Part shown: positions 24,801 through 37,135 of the stretch, piece after piece
How positions within the stretch are numbered: the first letter of the stretch is position 1
Layout: the number at the start of each line of letters is the position of its first letter
Source: Raja brachyura
Taxonomy: Eukaryota
Assembly (NCBI GenBank): GCA_963514005.1
Contig: OY740814.1
Coordinates: forward strand, 15,252,001-15,316,000
DNA: 64,000 nt
Direction of reading: 5' to 3'
Position numbers and translations under genes: made by a program
The notes under the pieces: generated by a model
Told to the model about the DNA's origin: nothing
Database searches by the model: none
What the model saw: only the letters and a program-made list of their open reading frames with translations

Positions 24801-27800
24801 ACATTAGTATTGAATTGTGAACAATCTCTTGCTCTGACCTAACAAACCATGAACAAATATAGGATTAGATATGCCAAAATGATTACATGTAGATTTAGTG
24901 ATAGCCTGCGCATGGGAAATGACTTACAATGGACTTCAGTGCAGCAGGTTTGTTTGAAAAGTATCAAAGGAGTACATCAGTGGAAATGTACCAGTACCAT
25001 CTGATTTCTAAAGGTGGTCTCTCATATTATTCACTTACAAGGAGCCAGAAGAATACACTCCAGTACATAAAAGTACATTTAGGAAATCTTTAATTGGTTA
25101 CCAGGGAAACCATATTCAGTACTATAATTAACTAGAACATCTTGTAACTGAAATAAATAAATTGTTTTTAATCAACTCACTCGTTAATATTTTCCCCATG
25201 ACAGTAAATAGCACCCATAATCCAGTATTTGTTAGAACTATTTGAAATGTAGACACATTCCTCTCCTTTCATGGAACAGTGGCTACTATTATCGAATGTT
25301 GAATACAGGCTGATGTCAAACATCAGCTCAGCACAATTGGTGAGGAATGTGTCTAAATTACAGCTAGTCCACGTCAGGATCCCCTCACTGGCTGCAGGGG
25401 GAAAGTTACAGAGAAAGTGCAGGTCGCAAGACAATTAATGTTCCCTCATATTTCTCTCTCACACACACACAGAAACACAATTCAAACTTAATAGGTAAAC
25501 ACCACACCTGTGCAATAGACCTTATGCTGCCAACAAGCAATCCCACAGGAAGCCAAGTGCTTAAATATAATTATACCGATAAAACAGTAAGCTTGATGGA
25601 TAAAATGCACCAGCTTTAGATCCTAATCTGTGAGGCAAGATCATTTACGAGAAAGCTGTTGCATTGGGAATAATCCATTTTCTATTAATGTCCATCTGAT
25701 TCCTGCTCTTGATATAAAATGGAAGGACCAGAGGGACACGGATTTGTGTGCACACTAATGGCAGTGTGAGGAAGGAGGTTTGCTGTGATGAATACTGCTC
25801 ATTATTGCTGAAGTCAGAATCAAATACACAGGATTAAGGATTACATTTCCAACTGCAGATGTAATTGAAGGAAGTAGTTACATTTAGCACCTTCCCCATC
25901 TCAGAAAAGGCCACAGCACTTTCTGTCTGTGACCTGGTGCAGTCACTGTGGAAACACAACATTTTATTTCTGTATATCAAGCCCTCATAAACTGCACTAT
26001 GTTTATGACCAGATTATGTGATGCGAGTGATGTTAGTTGAGGGGTAAGTGCTGGTTAGGACAGGGAAGAGAACCAAAACTACATCTTTCTGACTCCAAAT
26101 GAACTAAGGCAATACATTTTGAACAATGCTTTGCTCCAAATGCCCTTTGTTGCTTCAAGCAGAATGACTTACTCTGCAGCATCACAATTGCTAGTTTACA
26201 ATTTTTAGTAAGAGAACTAACTATTAACCAGGTCCTATGATTTGTTGGTGGCTTACTGTTGTACTTTTACATAACACCCCTCACTCCTTCCCCGCTCAAG
26301 AAACTCAATGTGCGTGCAATAACAATAGTGAAATTGCTGTTCACATATATCAAATATGGGGTTCCAATTAGTTCACCTTCTCTCATCCATGTGATACAAT
26401 GATGATAGAGTTGTTAATTAATCTCTGTCAACAAGTCTATAACAGTCCCTATGGTAAAGAGACTAGAAAAATGATGTCTGCCGAATTTGCAAAGAGTGGT
26501 AAAGATCTAAAGCTCCCTCAGTACGGGCTCTGACCCTCACATCACGGGAGATGATGAACCCTCGGTTTGTGTGGGCATTACAGGCACCAAGCTGCGTCTG
26601 TGCAGAGGCAGTGCCCTCTTTGAATCTTACACTCAATTGTGGTTGTAAGATCTGATAACTCCCTGGGTACATGACAGCGCTGCTTGTTGTTGGGTGATGT
26701 CATCAACCACACGCTGGATAATTTTAAACTCTGTCTCCACACTCGGTAAATAAGTCGATAAGTGCATTGTGTCAATTGCTGAAGTGATGCGGTGCTTAGC
26801 GCAAAATGTTACAAAAATTGCTTGCATAAATTTCTCAATATGTTTGCTATGATCATAATGATACCATAGGTTCCATGGCGAATCTCATCCTAAATCCACA
26901 GACTCTACCTAAATTATAGAAAACATACCAAGACAAACATTGACTGCTGCTAAAAGATCATCATCTTGATGAGTGATGCACTTGTATCCACTTGAAACAT
27001 GTTGGTCATTCCTCGGTGCAGGAGTATAAGCTGAGGGATGCATTCAAGTCTATTGTAGCTGCGGGAGGGGGTGGAGGGAATCTTCAGTATAGTGTTCTCG
27101 CACCACAGCAGACTGTCAGAATGGCTGGGACAGAAAAATATTACCATGCTGTAAATATTGTAAACTTATTTAATAGAATTAGAATAGTATTGTCATAAGT
27201 ACCAAGACAGAGCAAAAAACTGTTTACAGGTAAATACCATTCATAAATACATCAAAGAGAGAAAAAAAACAGAATGCAGAACATAATGTTACAGGTGCAG
27301 AAAAAGTGCAGATAAAAATGTGCAAGGGCTGCAACCAGGTAGATTGGGGGATCAATAATTTATCCTTAGCATATGGGAGGTCAGTTGAAGAGTCTGATAA
27401 CAGCAGGAAGGAACCTGTACTTAAACCTGGTGGAGGTGGTTTCAGACTTTGTATGTTATGCCCAACGGCAAAGGGGAGCAGAAAAAATGGCCATGGCGTG
27501 CTGATAATGTTGTACTTAGCACAGAGAATGATTCCAATGTCACATTCCGTTAGTATAACTATCATTTATGAATACAATATGTTTTTGGAGAAAAATCATG
27601 TTAAAATAAAGTAGATAATTTACAATAACTATTATGTTTTCACTTAACAATAGACTGATCCACGACTCTAACTCAGTTGTCAGCACTCTTCCCTCTGGAT
27701 TAGTTGCTTGTGGATCGTTCCACTCTGAGTCCTCTCAAAGGTGGATGTAAAAGATGGTCTTAGCATTGCTTTGAAGAAACACTGTTGGACCTTTCCTCCT

Positions 27801-28089
27801 TATAAAGTGATTTTAATTTGCTTCATTGCATCAGTGACTACATTTCTGAACTGCAAATTGCTTTGGCAAATCCCGAGTTTCTCAACTAGTGGATTTCTAG
27901 ATTGGCTCCCGAGCAAATGATCCATGAGGAATTGCACAGCTCTAACTCTCCAAATGAAATCCTCTAGTGAATTTTTTGAATAACTATTTTGAAGTATTGA
28001 AGAAGCCTTGTCACAGAAAGTCTCTCAATGTGTTCTAAATCTTCAAATCTCCAGCAGCAAGTGGACAGTAAAGTTGCAGACTCCTCCTT

Positions 28090-28710
28090 GTACAACACCT
28101 TGAGCCCACCACATCCATGCTGATCTTTTGCCCATCTACATTAATCCCATTTGCCAGCATTAGGTTCATATCTTTCGATGCTTTGCCTGTCTAAAAGGTT
28201 CAGAAATGTTGTAATTTCCATTACTTCCTCTGTCAGCAAGCTATCAGCCCACTCTTTGCATAAAATAAAGTTCCCATCAAATCCCCCTAAAAACTCCTTC
28301 CTCTCACTCTAATCCTGTTGCCTTTTGTTTTAGAAAGCTTGACCATGGGATAATGATTCTGACTATTTACTCTATCTATGCCTCTTAGAATTTCTATAGC
28401 TCTCTCAAGTCTCTCCATTTTCCTCAGCTTCCTACACTTGGGGAAAATAGGCCCAGCCTATCCAACTAAAGTTTTCCAATCCAGGCAACATCCTGTTAAA
28501 TCTCCTCTGCACTATCTTCCCTCGTACAGTGTGGAGACACAATACTCCAGGATTCTGTTGCAACATAATGTTCCGACCGATATATCTTATGCCCCTTGAC
28601 TATGAAAACAAGCATGCCGTAAGCCTTTTTCACCAGCCTATTTACCTGTGTTGCCACTTCCAAGTAAACTTCATGGCATTAGACCCAAAGGTCTCTCAGT
28701 TCATTAACGT
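28090..28710 (-). mobile_element. Decayed CR1 LINE 3' fragment
   Basis: atcccatttgccagcattagg...tccaggcaacatcctgttaaatctcctctgcac; antisense CR1 3' region. Confidence 0.6.
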
Positions 28711-28740
28711 GTCCTATATTGGCGGTACTCAGACGTTATT

Positions 28741-28820
28741 AGTCTGAAGAAGTGTCCCGACCCAAAATGTTATCTCTCATTTCCTTCCACAGGTGCTGCC
28801 TCACCCATTGTTCCTTCAGT
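28741..28820 (+). mobile_element. Degenerate Penelope-terminus short repeat
   Basis: AGTCTGAAGAAGTGTCCCGACCCAAAATGTTA...gtgctgcctcaccc. Confidence 0.65.
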
Positions 28821-29713
28821 AGTTAGTTTATTACTAAAAAAAGACTAGTTAAATCTGGTTGAGGGAGGGGTGTACGGCAGAGCGGGAGGTCACCCGTGGT
28901 CTTAGCTGATTAGTTCAGCAATAACTCTTGGATTTCCCTGAAAGCCAAACAGGTTCTCAATTTAATATCACTTCCCAAGCCTTAGTACCAGTGCACAAAT
29001 GGTGTTGGGGGTGCAAGGTTAGGGAGTGTGGTTGGGATAGAAGAAGAAGGGATGTTACATTTTCAATTTATTTTAGATAGCATGGGAGCATGGTGAGTTA
29101 AGACTGAAGGTCAGTTATGGAACAGGGGAACAGCATTGAATGGTCAAATGGCCTTCTCCTGCTCCTATTCCACAAATGGCTATTAAATCACAGTAACAGT
29201 TGTAATTCATTGGTATCTCACAGATATCGGCCACTACAGGTGAGTAAACATGACCAGGGACGTCTGCCAGGAATGTGGCTATCCCTTAATCATTCATGAA
29301 TTTCTCCTTTCACATTCCTTCAGAACATGAAGTGTGCAGTTTTGTGATCTAAACATTGTTCATCCCGACTGAAAGATGCTATTTTTGCATTCTGCAAAAA
29401 GCCCTTTCAGACTTTTCATTTCCAGTGTGAATCAGAGCCACGCAATATTGACTGGATTCTCCAAAGAAGAATCAGCGTCAGTCTTCTGCACACTTGCTCA
29501 CATGACCCAGTCCATATGTTCTTTCCCATTTCCTTGAAGAACGTATTGTATTGATGGGGCTTTCTCTAAAGCTTAAATACACTTATGGATATATACAATG
29601 GTGAAAAGAAAAGATGGCAGGTTAAATGTGAACGAAAGCTCTCTCAAGCTGTGCTATTTCTTAGAATTAGCATTTGGAAACGTCAAACTTGGTGAGAATT
29701 ACTCCTTTTAGAG

Positions 29714-30189
29714 GACTCAGATATATCCGAGGACATTGTGGGAAACCAGAGAGGAAATTGCGGGAGCCTGGTTGAAATTTATGAGTCATCTTTAAATACA
29801 GGAGAGGTGCCGGAAGACTTGAGGGTGGCAAATGTTGTGCCTCTGTTCAAGAAGGGCTGCATGGAAAATGCTGGGATCTATAGGCCAGTGAGCTTAACAT
29901 CTGTAGTTGAAAAGTTACTAGAGAGTATTCTGAGGGATAGGATATACAGGCATTTAGACGGACAAGGTCTGATTAGGGATAGTCAGCATGGTTTGTACTT
30001 GTGAAGTCATGTCTCACAAATCTGATTGAGTTTTTTGAAGACGTGACCAAAAAGGTCGATGAGGGCAGAGCTGTGGATGTTGTATATATGGACTTCAGCG
30101 AAGCATTCAACAAGATTCCCAATGAAAGGCTGCTCTGGAAGGTTAGATTGCATGGGATCCGAGGAGAGATAGTTGAATGGAAAGAAAAT
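29714..30189 (+). mobile_element. CR1-clade LINE, 5' part (interrupted by the DIRS element)
   Basis: GEVPEDLRVANVVPLFKKG...YRPVSLTSVVEKLLESI...SQHG; KSCLTNLIEFFEDVT...VDVVYMDFSEAFNKIP (CR1 RT N-half, frameshifted). Confidence 0.92.
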
Positions 30190-30412
30190 AGTGAGATTAA
30201 ATGAGAACTTACCTGTTTGAAGTTTGATCTTTATTTTATGAGGAGTTACGATGAGGGATTACGTGAAGAAGCCCCGCCTGGCGCTGGATCGGCATACTTC
30301 AAAGCAGCGGCATGAAAAACACAGAACCAATAGCCGGAGTAAAATAGTAAGGCTCAAAATAGACTAGAACTACCAGATGATCATTTACATTATGAGGGTT
30401 GGGAGTGGAGGG

Positions 30413-30525
30413 CACGTAATCCCTCATCATAACTCCTCATAAAATAAAGATCAAACTTCGAACAGGTAAATTCTCGTTTAATCTCACTATTTTACTTCGG
30501 AGTCACGTGAGTGACTACGTGAAGA
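30413..30525. repeat. DIRS internal complementary region (ICR)
   Basis: 30413-30493 is the reverse complement of 30185-30265 (77/81); 30489-30525 is the reverse complement of 33565-33601 (35/37). Confidence 0.95.
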
Positions 30526-30776
30526 TTTTAAAGCTCTGTGTTTTTTATGTCGTAAATTCATTTCATACGACTCTCTGTTTAGTCAAAACAGTAGTGAGTA
30601 AATAGTATTTCAACACATTGTTACAATTTATGTAATAAGTCCTTTAATTATAAAAAGAACAACTTTTTTAATAATAACCCCTCTATCGCAGGGGAAAATT
30701 ACAAAATAATTGATAAATGATGTCAATGGTAACATAAATCGATAATATAAATCGATAATATAAACAAAGCAAGCAT

Positions 30777-31690
30777 TTAAAGAGAACCCAGTACTGCGTG
30801 TCCAAATCCTGGCACCGTGACAACAGGTTTATTGTAGAACTTTGAAAAAGTTTCTTCTCTAGACCACCCTGCGGCCTCTAAAATTTGATCGAGTGGTACG
30901 TCCTGTACCTTCGCCGCGGACGTAGCTGCCGCCCTAGTGGAGTGAGATTTAAACACATCAGTGTCTATTCCTGCTAGACCCAAAACCTGTTTTAACCATC
31001 TAGAAATGGTTTGAACTGAAACTTTTGTATGTGGTTTTTTGTGTGTTATCAATAACGCTTTCTCAGAACCTCTGAGATTTTTGGTTACCTCAATGTATTG
31101 AGTTAAATGCTTAACTACACACAATGTTTCATCAACAGGATATGCTTTAAACATTACCTTCATTCCAGTTCTTCCTGGTCTGCTTTGTTTGATCAAGTCA
31201 TAAACATAGCTGATACCAATGCCATTAACATAACCACCTTGAATGTTAATTTCTGCAAAGACATTGAATTAATTGGAGTCCATTGTTTAAGCAAAGTGAG
31301 AACAATGCTAACATCCCAAATTTCTGTATATCTGGGCTTGGGAGGATTTTTATTAAAAATACCTTTCATGAATCGGGATACTAATGGGTGAGACCCAACT
31401 GAATCCCGATCCGAATTTTGTCCTAAATAGGATGACAATGCACTCCGAGCACAATTAATGGCACTATAACTCAAAATGCTCATCAAAGTGTAACCCAGCA
31501 AGGAACTCCAATACATTTGAAATGTTTGCAGTATGATAAGATATCTTTGACTGTATACAAAAAGCTTCCCATTTCCTTATATGCGACATATATTGTTTTT
31601 TAGTGCTAGTCCTCTAAGCTGCATCTATAACATCCATGGTCCTGTCCGACAGTTCAAACTCTTGCAATGGTCTGGTCAGAACCTGCAGAT
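30777..31690 (-). pseudogene. DIRS tyrosine recombinase, disrupted
   Basis: AA*RTSTKKQY..KWEAFC, frameshift near 31475, LSYSAINCARSALS, PPKPRYTEIWDV, LMALVSA|deletion|LIKQSRPG, catalytic HSTR, AAGW, FSKFY. Confidence 0.92.
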
Positions 31691-32731
31691 TAATAAATTC
31701 ATATGATCATGCAATGGATGAATTTCTTTTGTTACTGGTTGTGTCAACAGATTGTCGCAACTGGGAATTGTCATACATGGTTCAATAATCATTTTTAGCA
31801 TCAATGGGAACCATGACTGCGTGGGCCAATTTGGCACCATCAAAATGCCTTTGGCAGCGTCTTGCGCTATTTTCTTGAGACATTGCCCAATGAGACAGAA
31901 TGGGGGAAAAGCATAAAAGAACGTATTCCCCCAGTGTAGCGAGAAAGCATCCACCGCTACTGCCCCTGGATCGTGTTCCCAAGACACGTATTTCGGCAAT
32001 TGGTGATTCAATCTAGATGCAAACAGATCAATGTCCGGTACTCCATACTGACTGACAATATTTTTGAAAATTTGTGGATTTAACATCCATTCTGTATTGT
32101 CTTTAAATATTCGTGATCTTTTGTCTGCCACAACATTGTCTCTCCCCGGGAGATAAATAGCTGAAAGCCAAATATTTTTTGCCATATACCATTGCCATAT
32201 CTGGTTTACCAGATGATCACATGATATTGATCTGACACCACCCATGTGATTGATATATGCCACAGCTGTGGTATTATCTATTTGTACTTGGACATGCAAA
32301 TCCTTTAATGAAGAGCAATAAGCTTTTAATCCATAAAATGCTCCCAGTAGCTCCAAATAATTAATACCATATGTTTGGAGCAACAAATCCTCTTGGACAG
32401 CCCATCTGCCTCCACAGCTGGTCTCATTATCCGTAGCCCCCCATCCGAGAGAACTTGCGTCAGTTTGTAAAAACACGACTGGCTGATGAACTAAAATGTT
32501 CTTAGCAGCTTGTGGAACATTCTCAATCCACCAATGTAATTATGATAAAGCTTCCTTAGGCAATTGCATTGGCCTATCAAAATGGCCTGCTCGCTGAATT
32601 AGCGCTTTAGTTTTTGCCCTTTGAAGATTTTGGTAATGTAGACGACCAAACTCTACTGCTGGAAATGCTGCTACCAATTTAACAATACCCTTGGCAACCT
32701 CTCGGATGGAGGGATAAGGTTTGTTAATCAG
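31676..32731 (-). pseudogene. DIRS pol remnant: RT thumb/connection, RNase H and DAM-like methyltransferase domain
   Basis: SIREVAKGIVKLVAAFPAVEFGRLHY...EALS*LHWW then TDASSLGWG, INYLELLGA, IDNTTAVAYIN, NVVADKRSR (RNase H D-E-D-D), DLFAS...DAF...YAFPPF (MT); no YxDD RT core present. Confidence 0.9.
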
Positions 32732-33375
32732 GTCTCAACCATAACAGCTTCTTGAAGCGGGTGAGAGACCATATAATGAATATTGGCCGCCAGGTTATCT
32801 TCCATGGCCTCACCGCCTCCTCCAGGTATAGCAAAACTTTGTGCCACATCAGGCACACCTGGATTCATATAATTGTATTGTGGTGTGTACTCCGGACCGC
32901 AATCACCACTTTCAGGGTCTGTCTCATACAGCCCTGGTACTCCTGAAACTTGTTCAAAGGAGACTTCCTCCAGTCCAATCCCAGGCACTGGAGTTTCAAA
33001 TTCCCAATTCAAACTGGCACCATATTCTTGATATGGAACCCCCTCAGGGGCTGCCTGGGAATATTCTGGGTTCTTAGACCCTTGGTTGATAATAGTTTGG
33101 AGCATTTTCTCCATTTGGTCCATTCTGAGCCATAAGGCTTTTCTTTCTGGACCTTCTGAATCAGATTCATCAGAACCCACAGGCCTTTCAGATTTTCTTT
33201 TACATTTTTTAGGCACTGGGTTTTCCTCCAAAGTTTCTGTTTGTGGAGCAATCAAAGCCTCGCTAACGGGAATTTCAATGGCGACCGGTATCGGAACCGG
33301 CTCCGCAATAAACTCTTGTCCCGACTCATCACCCCGGGACGCACGTTTTACCCGCTGTTTTTTGGCCTTCTCCAT
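32728..33375 (-). pseudogene. DIRS ORF1 (gag-like), C-terminally truncated by internal deletion
   Basis: 215-aa ATG ORF immediately inside the 5' terminus, basic/acidic low-complexity; its end abuts pol sequence directly. Assigned by position, not by motif. Confidence 0.7.
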
Positions 33376-33601
33376 TTTGTTTTTTGCTAACTCCTCCTGG
33401 TTTACCCACCAGGCTACGGAGTTCTGGAACCTCGCCCTAAATTTTTTTTCCCGAAAACTTTCTTACCTGCGGGCCGGTTCCTTACCGCTGTGTGGAGCTG
33501 CGCTCTGCAGCTCTTTCTCTGCCGATAGCGTCGACGTAATGCCGATCCAGCGCCAGGCGGGGCTTCTTCACATAGTCATTCACGTGACTCCGAAGTAAAA
33601 T

Positions 33602-34645
33602 TAGCTTGATGGAAGGAATCAGAGAGTGATGGTGGAAGGTTGCATCTCAGACTGGAAGCCTGTGACTAGAGGTGTGCCTCGGGGTTAGGTGGTGGGCCCG
33701 TTACTGTTTGTCATCTAAATCAATGATTTGTATCATTGATGAGAACATACATGGCAAGATTAGCAAGTCTGCAGATGATACAAAAGTGGGTGGTTTTGCA
33801 GATAGTGAAGATTAGTTGTGAAAAATTGCAGCAGGATCTTGATCGATTAGCCAGGTGGGCTGAGGAATGGTTGATAACATTTAATGCAGATAAATATGAG
33901 GTGTTGCATTTTGGGAAGTCTAGCATGGGCAGTGAATGGTCGGGCTATGGGTAGTGTTGTAGAGCAGAGGAATATATGAATGCAGGTGCATGGTTCCTTG
34001 AGGGTAGAGTCACAGGTAGATTGGGTGGTCACAAAGGCTTTTGGCACATTGGCCTTCATCAGAGTATTGAGTATAGAAGTTGGGAAGCCGCATTTAGAGT
34101 ATTGTGTTCATTTCTGGGCACTGTGTTTAGGAAAGATGTTGTCAAGCTGCAAAGGGTGCAGAGAAGATTTACGAGGATGTTGCCAGGGCGAGGGTCTGAG
34201 CTATAGACAGAGGTTGAGTAGGCCTGGAACTATTCATTGGAGCGCAGGAGGACGAGGGGTGATCTTAAAGAGGTGTATAAGATCGAGAGGAATAGACCAG
34301 GTTGATGCACAGTCTCGTGCCCAGAGTAGGTGACTCGAGAAACAGAAGACATAGGTTTAAGGTGAAGGGAAAAAGATTTAATAAGAATCTGAGGGGTAAC
34401 TTTTTCACACAAAGGTTGGCGGATGTATGTAACAAACTGCGAGAGGAGGTGGTTGAGGCAGGGACTATCCCATCATTTAAGAAACAGATAGACAGGTACA
34501 TGGATAGGACGGGTTTTGAGGGATATGGATCAAGTGTGAGCAGGTGGGACTAGTGTAGCTGGGATATGTTGGCCAGTGCAGACAAGTTGGGCCGAAGGGT
34601 TTGTTTCCACATTGTATCATTCTACGACTCTATGAATCTATGACT
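33602..34645 (+). mobile_element. CR1-clade LINE, 3' part (resumes after the DIRS element)
   Basis: Continues LDGRNQRVMVEG..SDWKPVTRGVP, ADDTK-like RT motif, RFKVKGKRFNKNLRGNFFTQR, 3' UTR and (ACTCTATG)-like tail. Confidence 0.92.
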
Positions 34646-35319
34646 GAAAGCAGGGATGTCTCCCAAGATCAGTTATCTGCTATTAACCGCTTCTGCAATT
34701 GTTTGAGATCTCCTCACTCCTCTTATTGTAGACTCCCATTCATTCCTGAATATAATTATTCTGCCAATGCTGGTCTTGCTTATCATGCAGCTTTGTTATC
34801 CGGAGTTCTGAAATTCTCTTCCTTGATTCTTTCACCTCTAGACTTCTGTAAGGTGCAAGCCTATCTCATCATATCATCTCTCATCACCTTTGCAAATTTC
34901 TCCATATGTGGGTCAGTGTAAGATAATGCTCATCAGAAGTGTATGGGCATTTTGCTTGTGTTGTACAAATGTCTGGTGTTGTTGTTACTGACTAGTAGCC
35001 CAACAACCAGAGAGTGGCATTGCCAATAGTGATGCACCAAAAGTTCAGCTGATGACTATGCAGGCCAATATGTGCCACTGTCCATCCACTGACTCCTGTG
35101 GAAGAAGCAAGTTCTCCAATTGACATCCCTGACATTACCAAAGGACAATGTAACATGTGGTACAAGAGATAGCAACAGAGTGGAGGTATAGACAGACCTC
35201 TGCTTCCATTCCCTATCTACCTTACTAAAGTAACATCAAATATTTGCGTTAGCAATGCGTTAAAACCAATTACACCTTTTTTCCTCTTCTAATCCTGGTT
35301 TTAGTATAATATTCCACAA

Positions 35320-35830
35320 GAACGCAAATAGATAGTAGCTGTGGGCCACCAGGCCTTTCAAGCCTGCTCCTCTACCTAATATGATCATGGCTGATCTGCC
35401 CTGGTTTCAACACCTTTTTAGTGCCAGTGCCCCATCGCCTTCAATTCATTGATCCTTAAAAAAACTATCTACCTTCTCTTTAAATACCTTCAAAACTCTA
35501 AGCTCCGCGACTCTGTACTTGAGAATTCCAGACATTCGCCACTCTCTGAGACAAAATTCCCTGCACATCTCAGACAAATATCGTACAGCTTTAATCCCTT
35601 CATCAAGACTTTCCCTCTGGCATCTACCCCTTAGGATCTTAAATGTTCCAATGAAATTACCTCTCATTCTTCTAATTTCCAAGGAATAATTTTGTGATTA
35701 GAAAACTCTTTGATGTGAATCTCTTCTAGACCACCTCCAATGCTGGTATATTATTTCTTTGCATAAGGGGATCAAAACAGGATTATCAGTGCAGCTTCAC
35801 CAATATCTTGTACAATTGTAAGAATATTTT
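35320..35830 (-). mobile_element. Decayed CR1 LINE 3' fragment
   Basis: aggcctttcaagcctgctcc...gatcatggctgatctg...agaattccagacattcgccactctctgag. Confidence 0.6.
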
Positions 35831-36937
35831 TCTATTTTTAATTTCTAAATCTCTAGCAAAAAAAGGCTAATGTCTGATTTTAGATTAACTCTTCTTTCCA
35901 TCCTCCTACATGTACCAAGTAAAATTCCCACGATGATCCCCATCAATTAGGCCATTGTCTACAAAAAGGATTTTCTAATCGCTAATACAGTTCAATCCCC
36001 AGTGCAAACATTGTGCATCATGCTTTCTCATACATATCTTAATCTAGCTTATAGCTTTTTCCAATTAAGGCTATTTACCGAATAGTGTTTGTTCAGTTAA
36101 TCAGTACAGCTCTAATCTTCCATTGCAGTGAATGGTTAAATTCATACAATGCAAATTCTCTTTCTATCTCTCTCTCTCTCTCTCTCTATTTGGCTTTATA
36201 TGATACTACGTACGAGTGGGAGCGTCCTGCAGTACTGTGTATGCTTGGTATCTGATTATTACAGTGTGATGTTTCATGTCTAAAATTCTGTAGGTGTTAT
36301 CCTTCTGTGACAGGAATGAGTCTTATTGAAGACTGAGGGCTGGGACTTGGAACCCTTACTTCATTCACTCCATTAGACGGGGAGAGAACCAGTTAAGAGG
36401 AGACTGGTGTTTCGTGAATATTTAGGCACCAGTAACCATTGAAATGGCTGTTTAACAATTCCTGCATGAATACTCCATTTCCCCGAGCAATGCCCTTTAA
36501 AGTTTTAATATCAATTGGTAAAGAATTGTGAGCAAAACACAGTGCCGGAGGAACTCAGTGGGTCAGGCAACATCTCATAACTGGGTTGGAAAAGTTACAT
36601 CTATTTCAAATACTTACCTCTCAGTGGAGGCAACCTCCACATCCCATTTGAGAGGCTCCAAAACAGTAAAGAGTAACAAAACAGGTTTTTAATAATGTAT
36701 TTACGCTTGCAGTGTAGGAAACCAAATAGCTAATTCGATCACAGCTAGCGCTTCTGCATAATAGTCAAATAATCTGCTCATTCTTCCTAAACTGAGTGAG
36801 GGATCATTTTTGTCCAGAGCAATAAATCTAATTTACCAGCTCTTCCAAGTAGTACCAGGGAATTTTTTTACAACTGAGAAGCCCTGAGATGGAGCCCTGC
36901 TTTAAAGCTCCATCCAGAGTATTACGCATTCTAGAGT

Positions 36938-37030
36938 TGTTTAAGAAGGAACTGCAGATGCTGGAAAATCAAAGGTAGACAAAAATGCTGGAGAAACTCA
37001 GCGGGTGAGGCTCTATGGAGGGAAGATCCA
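36938..37030 (-). mobile_element. Truncated Penelope-terminus short repeat with degenerate ~20-bp TSD
   Basis: aaggaactgcagatgctgg...ctcagcgggtgagg; flanks 36918-36937 and 37031-37050 match 17/20. Confidence 0.7.
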
Positions 37031-37135
37031 AGTACTGCGCGTTCTAGAGTGATGCATTCCCTCATTGACTAACCGTAGTCCTTCAATATTTTCTCTCCAC
37101 ACTTTGTCACCCGCCCTGCTCAGCTCCTCCAGCAA

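Larger units (their letters stand above)
30185..33601 (-). mobile_element. DIRS1-type tyrosine-recombinase retrotransposon, internally deleted, complete termini
   Basis: gag-like ORF, RT-connection/RNase H/methyltransferase, YR; ITRs 30260-30295 and 33539-33574; ICR 30413-30525; AAAAT at both junctions. Confidence 0.95.

Noticed and set aside
30777-32476. Phage or bacterial integrase plus Dam methylase suggesting horizontal transfer or contamination
   Set aside because: Domain order gag-RT/RH-MT-YR with ITR/ICR is the standard DIRS1 layout, and the element is cleanly nested in a host CR1
33086-33598. 170-aa plus-strand ORF and other 60-205 aa ORFs in introns
   Set aside because: Antisense shadows of TE ORFs or chance frames with no recognisable motifs or splice support
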